Below the pieces are notes generated by a model, which did no database searches, was not told the DNA's origin, and was given only the letters and a program-made list of their open reading frames with translations. From IMG/VR virus record IMGVR_UViG_3300027627_000219, positions 1 to 28,686 of that record: a DNA stretch of 28,686 nucleotides, one strand, 5' to 3'. The position numbers were made by a program, and so were the translations under genes. Positions 24,315 to 28,686 of the stretch are shown piece by piece (the first letter of the stretch is position 1; each line of letters starts with the position of its first letter). This stretch comes from a virus (lineage: Duplodnaviria; Caudoviricetes).

Positions 24315-24816
24315 CCTCGACGCTTTTCAACGCCTGATGTGCGAAGTGCAGGAAATCTACGGACACCGCCCACCGTCGGCAGCCGTCTTGCAGCATTGGG
24401 TTGATGCCCTCAAGGACCACCCGTTTCACACCGTGGATTCTGTTCTGCGGAACTGGATTCGGACGAAGGCGAAGCCGCCCGTGATCGCGGACATTTCAAC
24501 GGTCTGCTCCGGGATGTTTTCGGACAGGGTGGAGCAACGCGCCGCTGCTGATAAACGCGCTTTCGGGCAGGAGATTGAGTGGCACGGCGTAACGCCCTAC
24601 GGCTCAGAGTGCATCCGCCGCATGAAAGCGATGGTCGCCAACCCCAAGAAGCCGAACAAGGAGTGGGCGCGGAAGATCATGGAGAACCCGAACAGCACAT
24701 GGGTTCAGCGGTCGATTGCTGGCCCTGTCTACGCAACGATGCAGCAACGCGAACCAGGCCAGGACGAAGAAGAATATTCTGCGCCCGTTCGTGAGGTTAA
24801 TGAGATCACGATATGA
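24301..24816 (+). CDS. helicase loader/inhibitor-like protein (G39P/P-like)
   Basis: HWVDALKDHPFHTV...KPPVIADI pattern; follows the initiator. Confidence 0.6.
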   Translation: MQRTDLDAFQRLMCEVQEIYGHRPPSAAVLQHWVDALKDHPFHTVDSVLRNWIRTKAKPPVIADISTVCSGMFSDRVEQRAAADKRAFGQEIEWHGVTPYGSECIRRMKAMVANPKKPNKEWARKIMENPNSTWVQRSIAGPVYATMQQREPGQDEEEYSAPVREVNEITI

Positions 24817-25022
24817 CAAAGGAAGAACTTCGCGCTGCCGCCCCGCAATCGGCGGCTTTTGTGGACGAGATGCGGGAATTATTTGGCCCAGATCTCCGCG
24901 TTCTGCGAATTGTTGAAGGCAAGGTCAACATCGACAAACGCCCAGCGTGGATGAAAGGCGAGAAGAAATGCCAAAAACAGCAGAAATCGTCGGATGGTTT
25001 TAAGAAGAGTTTGGGCAATTGA
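24813..25022 (+). CDS. hypothetical protein (69 aa)
   Basis: ATGA overlap; AAFVDEMRELFG. Confidence 0.55.
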   Translation: MTKEELRAAAPQSAAFVDEMRELFGPDLRVLRIVEGKVNIDKRPAWMKGEKKCQKQQKSSDGFKKSLGN

Positions 25023-25071
25023 AGTCAATACAAGCGCAAGAAGGAAAGTGGATTTTTTTCTGGGAGAAGAA

Positions 25072-25995
25072 ATGACCGATCTCGTAAAGTACGAAGCTGC
25101 TCGTCACGCTCTGCAAGAAGCGCATAGCGTCGATGAGGTTAAGGATATACGCGACAAGGCGCAGGCAATGCTTGCCTATGGAAAGCAGGCAAAGGATACT
25201 GAACTTATCTGGATTGCAACCGACATCAAGATTCGGGCAGAGCGCAAGGCTGGACAGTTGCTTTTGGAAATGAAGTTGAACGGGGAACGTGATAGCGGCA
25301 AGGGAAACAGAAACCCGATTTTGAAGTCGCAGGATACGACTCCAAAGTTAGCCGACTTCGGCATCAGCAAAGACCAATCCTCCCGCTGGCAGAAACTTGC
25401 TGCTGTACCAGAAAGGAAGTTTGAGCAGGCAGTAGCTGCGGCAAAAGAGATACAGGCCGAAGTCACTACCGCTTCGATGCTGCGCCTCAACACAACCCAC
25501 GTTTCGCACAACAGCGGGGAAAATGAGTGGTACACGCCGCCAGAATACATTAATGCCGCACGTTCTGCGATGGGTGATATTGACTGCGACCCTGCTTCTA
25601 GTGCCATTGCCAACAAAACTGTTAAAGCAGAAATTTATTTTACTGAAAAAGAAAATGGGTTAGCGAATAAATGGAACGGGCGCGTGTGGATGAATCCACC
25701 TTACGCACAACCGCTGTGTCAGCAGTTTTGTTCTGCGCTTGTTGAAAAATATCAAGCAAAGGAAATAGAACAGGCTTGCGTGTTGGTGAATAACGCTACG
25801 GAAACCGTATGGCAGCAGGAAATGCTATCTGCCTGTGCTGCGGTTTGTTTTGTGAAAGGCCGTGTTCGTTTTATTGATATAGCTGGGAATCCTGGCGCTC
25901 CACTACAAGGGCAAGTTTTGCTCTATTTTGGTGATAGCGTAACAACATTCAAAAAACATTTTGAATCGTTCGGCCTAATTTTTGTTCCAATATGA
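25072..25995 (+). CDS. phage DNA N6-adenine methyltransferase with N-terminal helical domain
   Basis: EWYTPP, DCDPASS, VWMNPPY, GRVRF; N-part VDEVKDIRDKA...RAERKAGQLL; RBS ggag before ATG 25072. Confidence 0.88.
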   Translation: MTDLVKYEAARHALQEAHSVDEVKDIRDKAQAMLAYGKQAKDTELIWIATDIKIRAERKAGQLLLEMKLNGERDSGKGNRNPILKSQDTTPKLADFGISKDQSSRWQKLAAVPERKFEQAVAAAKEIQAEVTTASMLRLNTTHVSHNSGENEWYTPPEYINAARSAMGDIDCDPASSAIANKTVKAEIYFTEKENGLANKWNGRVWMNPPYAQPLCQQFCSALVEKYQAKEIEQACVLVNNATETVWQQEMLSACAAVCFVKGRVRFIDIAGNPGAPLQGQVLLYFGDSVTTFKKHFESFGLIFVPI

Positions 25996-26426
25996 ATCCG
26001 CTTGGCTTCAATCCAATGCGTTGGAACTGCGAGAAGCGGGGATGCTACAACTTAAAGCACCGTCCTAAAATAGAAATGTTTGCCGATGTATGGCCTGGGC
26101 GAATAAGCATGGGCGATGTTGATGGCATTGTAGAAATTGCTGGAAACGCTTTGATGATTGAATGGAAAACCGAAACAACAAAACTTCCTACAGGCCAGCG
26201 CATCATGTATCAAAGAATTACAAACGGAAAACGCATAAGTGTATTTTGTATTTGCGGGGATGCTGAAACGATGGCGGTTTCATCGTATAAGATTTTTTTT
26301 GATGGTCGCGAAAATCCGCGTGACGAATGGATTTCGATTGATATGGCAGGCTTAAAACTTAAACTCCAAGGCTGGTGTAAATGGGCTCAACAGAATCCAA
26401 GGATAGGCAATTGCTTGCGATCTTGA
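25992..26426 (+). CDS. PD-(D/E)XK nuclease-fold protein
   Basis: GDVDGIVE...MIEWK...LPTGQR. Confidence 0.6.
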   Translation: MNPLGFNPMRWNCEKRGCYNLKHRPKIEMFADVWPGRISMGDVDGIVEIAGNALMIEWKTETTKLPTGQRIMYQRITNGKRISVFCICGDAETMAVSSYKIFFDGRENPRDEWISIDMAGLKLKLQGWCKWAQQNPRIGNCLRS

Positions 26427-26590
26427 AGGAGTTGTCTGGCGGCGATCTAAACACGCTCGACCGTTTCCAAAATTGGGCGCTTTCGCAGGAGCCAAACGAG
26501 TATTTAGAAATAATGAAATGGTCTGCCGATTATCGTAAGGCGGAGTTAGCGGAGGCGTATCCGATGCCGCTTAGAAGGGCGGCGGCATGA
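26381..26590 (+). CDS. hypothetical protein
   Basis: Fills the gap; ATGA overlap with ninB; start uncertain. Confidence 0.45.
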   Translation: MGSTESKDRQLLAILKELSGGDLNTLDRFQNWALSQEPNEYLEIMKWSADYRKAELAEAYPMPLRRAAA

Positions 26591-26934
26591 TCCCCAATTC
26601 CCTCCGCTGTGCAGTCTGTGAGGAACGCCGCAACGCTGGGCAGAACGCGGCGATGTGGCCCATCCTGCAAGCATGGGCCGCGCAGAAGCAATGGCCCATC
26701 AACGGGAGCATGACTACGCTTACCGACGAGGAGTGGAAGGACATCTTGACGGCGGCTTTTGAAGGCGAGACTTCCCCACGGATCTCGCCAGGGCTCGAGG
26801 GCGGGATGGTGATGCTCGGCAGGAGAACAAGCCGCTACGGGAAGCGCCGGTTTAGCGAATGGCTCGACTGGCTCAATGCTGCATCGCATCATGCCGGCAT
26901 CAAGATACCCGCCCCCGAAAGCATGATTCCATGA
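26587..26934 (+). CDS. ninB: NinB/Orf-family recombination protein (short N-terminus)
   Basis: RNAGQNAAMW, EEWKDILTA, PGLEGGMVMLGRRTS...FSEWLD. Confidence 0.8.
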   Translation: MIPNSLRCAVCEERRNAGQNAAMWPILQAWAAQKQWPINGSMTTLTDEEWKDILTAAFEGETSPRISPGLEGGMVMLGRRTSRYGKRRFSEWLDWLNAASHHAGIKIPAPESMIP

Positions 26935-27221
26935 CAAAAGAGCAAAAGGCGTTTCAAGCCCTTGCGCGCGATCTAGGCTGCATTGTGTGCAAAGGTGAGG
27001 GGGTAGATAGTCCCTGCGAGATTCATCACATCCTGAGCGGTTCTAGACGGCTTGGTGAGGATTATGTGCTGGGACTGTGCCAGATCCATCACCGGGGGTT
27101 GATAAACACGCCCGAAGCGGTTAGTCGGCATCCCTGGCGGCGGGAATTTGAGGCTATGTACGGGACTGAGATGGAATTACTGGAAAAGACGAGGGAGCTA
27201 TGCGGCGAGCGGCTCGGGTAG
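26931..27221 (+). CDS. Ref/DUF968-like HNH nuclease
   Basis: LGCIVC, EIHHI, LCQIHHRG, FEAMYGTEMELL. Confidence 0.8.
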   Translation: MTKEQKAFQALARDLGCIVCKGEGVDSPCEIHHILSGSRRLGEDYVLGLCQIHHRGLINTPEAVSRHPWRREFEAMYGTEMELLEKTRELCGERLG

Positions 27222-27481
27222 ACAGTAACCACCTTCTGATCGTGTCAGCATTCTGCAAGCTAGGGTGCAGCGTCTTGTCTCTGGCGGCGGTTGGAAAAGG
27301 GGTTCCAGACTTGCTGGTGGCAACGCAGGGGATCACCTGGCTGGTCGAAATTAAGTCCGGCAAAGGCAAGGAAAACGACTTGCAGCTGGAGTGGGCTAAA
27401 AGCTGGCAGGGGGCGAAAGCGTTGGTTAGGGATACCCAAGGCGTAGAAACTGTGGTAAAAGCGATGCGTTTGACAAAATAA
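27200..27481 (+). CDS. VRR-NUC-like / resolvase-like endonuclease
   Basis: RAARVDSN, GKGVPDLLV, LVEIKS, Q..W...W. Confidence 0.8.
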   Translation: MRRAARVDSNHLLIVSAFCKLGCSVLSLAAVGKGVPDLLVATQGITWLVEIKSGKGKENDLQLEWAKSWQGAKALVRDTQGVETVVKAMRLTK

Positions 27482-27491
27482 TGAGGTTTTC

Positions 27492-28175
27492 GTGCTGAAA
27501 GTGTTCTGCGGCTACGATCCAAAGGAAGCGATCGGCTTCCACGTTTTCTGTCAGTCATTGATCGAGCAGTCATCGATTGACTTGCAGATCATTCCTTTGC
27601 AGGGGATGCAAAGGGACGGAACGAAAGCGTTTACCTACTCGCGGTTTCTTGTCCCAGAGATGTGCGGGTTCAAGGGCCATGCAATCTATCTCGATGCGTC
27701 CGATATGCTGATGCTCACCGACATTGCGGAGCTCGCCGAGTTGTTTGATCCGAGCCTGAGTTGCCAGGTCGTCAAACACGACTACGAGACTAAGCATTCC
27801 AAAAAATTCATCGGCAGCGACTACGAAAGCCGGAACGCCAGCTACCCGCGCAAGAACTGGTCAAGTCTGATCTTGTGGAATTGCGAGCATTTTCCGAACA
27901 GGCTGTTGACTACGGAATACGTCAGCAAGCAGTCGGGTGAGCATCTGCACCGTTTCGGCTGGCTCGAGGATTCGCGGATCGGTGATCTGCCGAGCTGCTG
28001 GAACGTCTTGGTCGGAGAGATGGATAACACAGACACGAAGATCGCTCACTTCACTTTGGGCATCCCAGATCTGTCGTATTACGAATTCTGCGATTACTCA
28101 AACCAATGGTACGACTCTAAAAACCGTATGCTTTACGGTCCGATGCGAAAGGAGAAACGCTATGCCGCACAATGA
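27492..28175 (+). CDS. GT-A glycosyltransferase (GT8-like)
   Basis: VFCGYDPKE, FTYSRFLVP, IYLDASDML, YPRKNWSSLILWNC, WNVLVGE, HFTLGIP. Confidence 0.85.
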   Translation: MLKVFCGYDPKEAIGFHVFCQSLIEQSSIDLQIIPLQGMQRDGTKAFTYSRFLVPEMCGFKGHAIYLDASDMLMLTDIAELAELFDPSLSCQVVKHDYETKHSKKFIGSDYESRNASYPRKNWSSLILWNCEHFPNRLLTTEYVSKQSGEHLHRFGWLEDSRIGDLPSCWNVLVGEMDNTDTKIAHFTLGIPDLSYYEFCDYSNQWYDSKNRMLYGPMRKEKRYAAQ

Positions 28176-28329
28176 GGGATTGAAGAAGATGCAGGGCTTG
28201 TATGCGAACATCAACGCAAAGCAGGAGCGGATCAAAGCCGGTTCTGGCGAGAAGATGAACAAGCCTGGCAGCAAGGGCGCACCGACCGCGGCAGATTTTA
28301 AGCAGTCAGCAAAAACCGCAAAGAAATGA
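28162..28329 (+). CDS. small basic conserved phage protein
   Basis: RBS aggag; GLYANINAKQERIKAGSGEKMNKPGSKGAPTAADFKQSAKTAKK. Confidence 0.7.
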   Translation: MPHNEGLKKMQGLYANINAKQERIKAGSGEKMNKPGSKGAPTAADFKQSAKTAKK

Positions 28330-28619
28330 GCGCAGCATGGCAACGCAAGGAAGGCAAAAACCCTGCCGGCGGGTTAAATGCAAAGGGTCGCGCCAGTTAC
28401 AAGGCCGAAACAGGTGGAACGCTAAAGGCTCCTGTAAAGGAAGGCGACAATCCGCGCCGAGCCTCTTTCCTCGCCAGAATGGGCGGTATGCCAGGGCCGA
28501 TGGTTGAACCTGACGGCGATCCGACGAGGCTGGCTCTGGCTCTGAGGGCGTGGGGAGCCAGCAGCAAAAGCGATGCGAAGAGCAAAGCCGCGGCGATTAG
28601 TGCAAGAAACAAAAAATAA
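28326..28619 (+). CDS. basic conserved phage protein (DUF6321-like)
   Basis: EGKNPAGGLNAKGRASY...RRASFLARMGG...LALRAWG. Confidence 0.7.
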   Translation: MSAAWQRKEGKNPAGGLNAKGRASYKAETGGTLKAPVKEGDNPRRASFLARMGGMPGPMVEPDGDPTRLALALRAWGASSKSDAKSKAAAISARNKK

Positions 28620-28630
28620 TGGAGATTAAA

Positions 28631-28686
28631 ATGCAATTAAAAGGACATCCTGAAGAATGTGCCACTAATGATGATGGCCCTTGCAC
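28631..28686 (+). CDS. start of next gene (truncated by window edge)
   Basis: RBS ggag then MQLKGHPEECATNDDGPL, open to the edge. Confidence 0.45.
   Translation, partial: MQLKGHPEECATNDDGPC

Noticed and set aside
27470-27500. TTGACA as a late promoter
   Set aside because: No acceptable -10 box at 16-18 nt spacing.

Overview
About 28.7 kb of a short-tailed (podovirus-like) dsDNA phage genome, probably from a proteobacterial host (host is an inference). 1-17656 (+) is the late region: scaffold end, major capsid, decoration protein, a sugar/methyl-transfer cassette, adaptor, nozzle, GNAT protein, ejection proteins, tail fibre and lysis genes. 17731-22804 (-) is a leftward early operon (ERF, YqaJ exonuclease, SpoVG/SSB-like protein, DUF551, a tRNA-like element, many small ORFs). 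22907-28686 (+) is a rightward operon (Cro, replication initiator and loader, adenine methyltransferase, nucleases, NinB, glycosyltransferase, small basic proteins). No integrase, CI repressor, terminase or portal is visible in the window. Highlights: (1) a compact 231-nt group I intron (1220-1450) splits the major capsid gene; (2) two Maf/MptE-like (DUF115) proteins, a GT-B domain and a SAM methyltransferase sit directly behind the capsid and a Ser/Thr-rich decoration gene, a candidate virion-glycosylation system; (3) a probable ejected protein with a low-GC ParB-like C-terminus; (4) an Ile tRNA-like element with a rare AAU anticodon inside an ORF; (5) a GNAT gene that apparently starts at CTG. 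All family assignments are from motif recognition by eye, not database searches.
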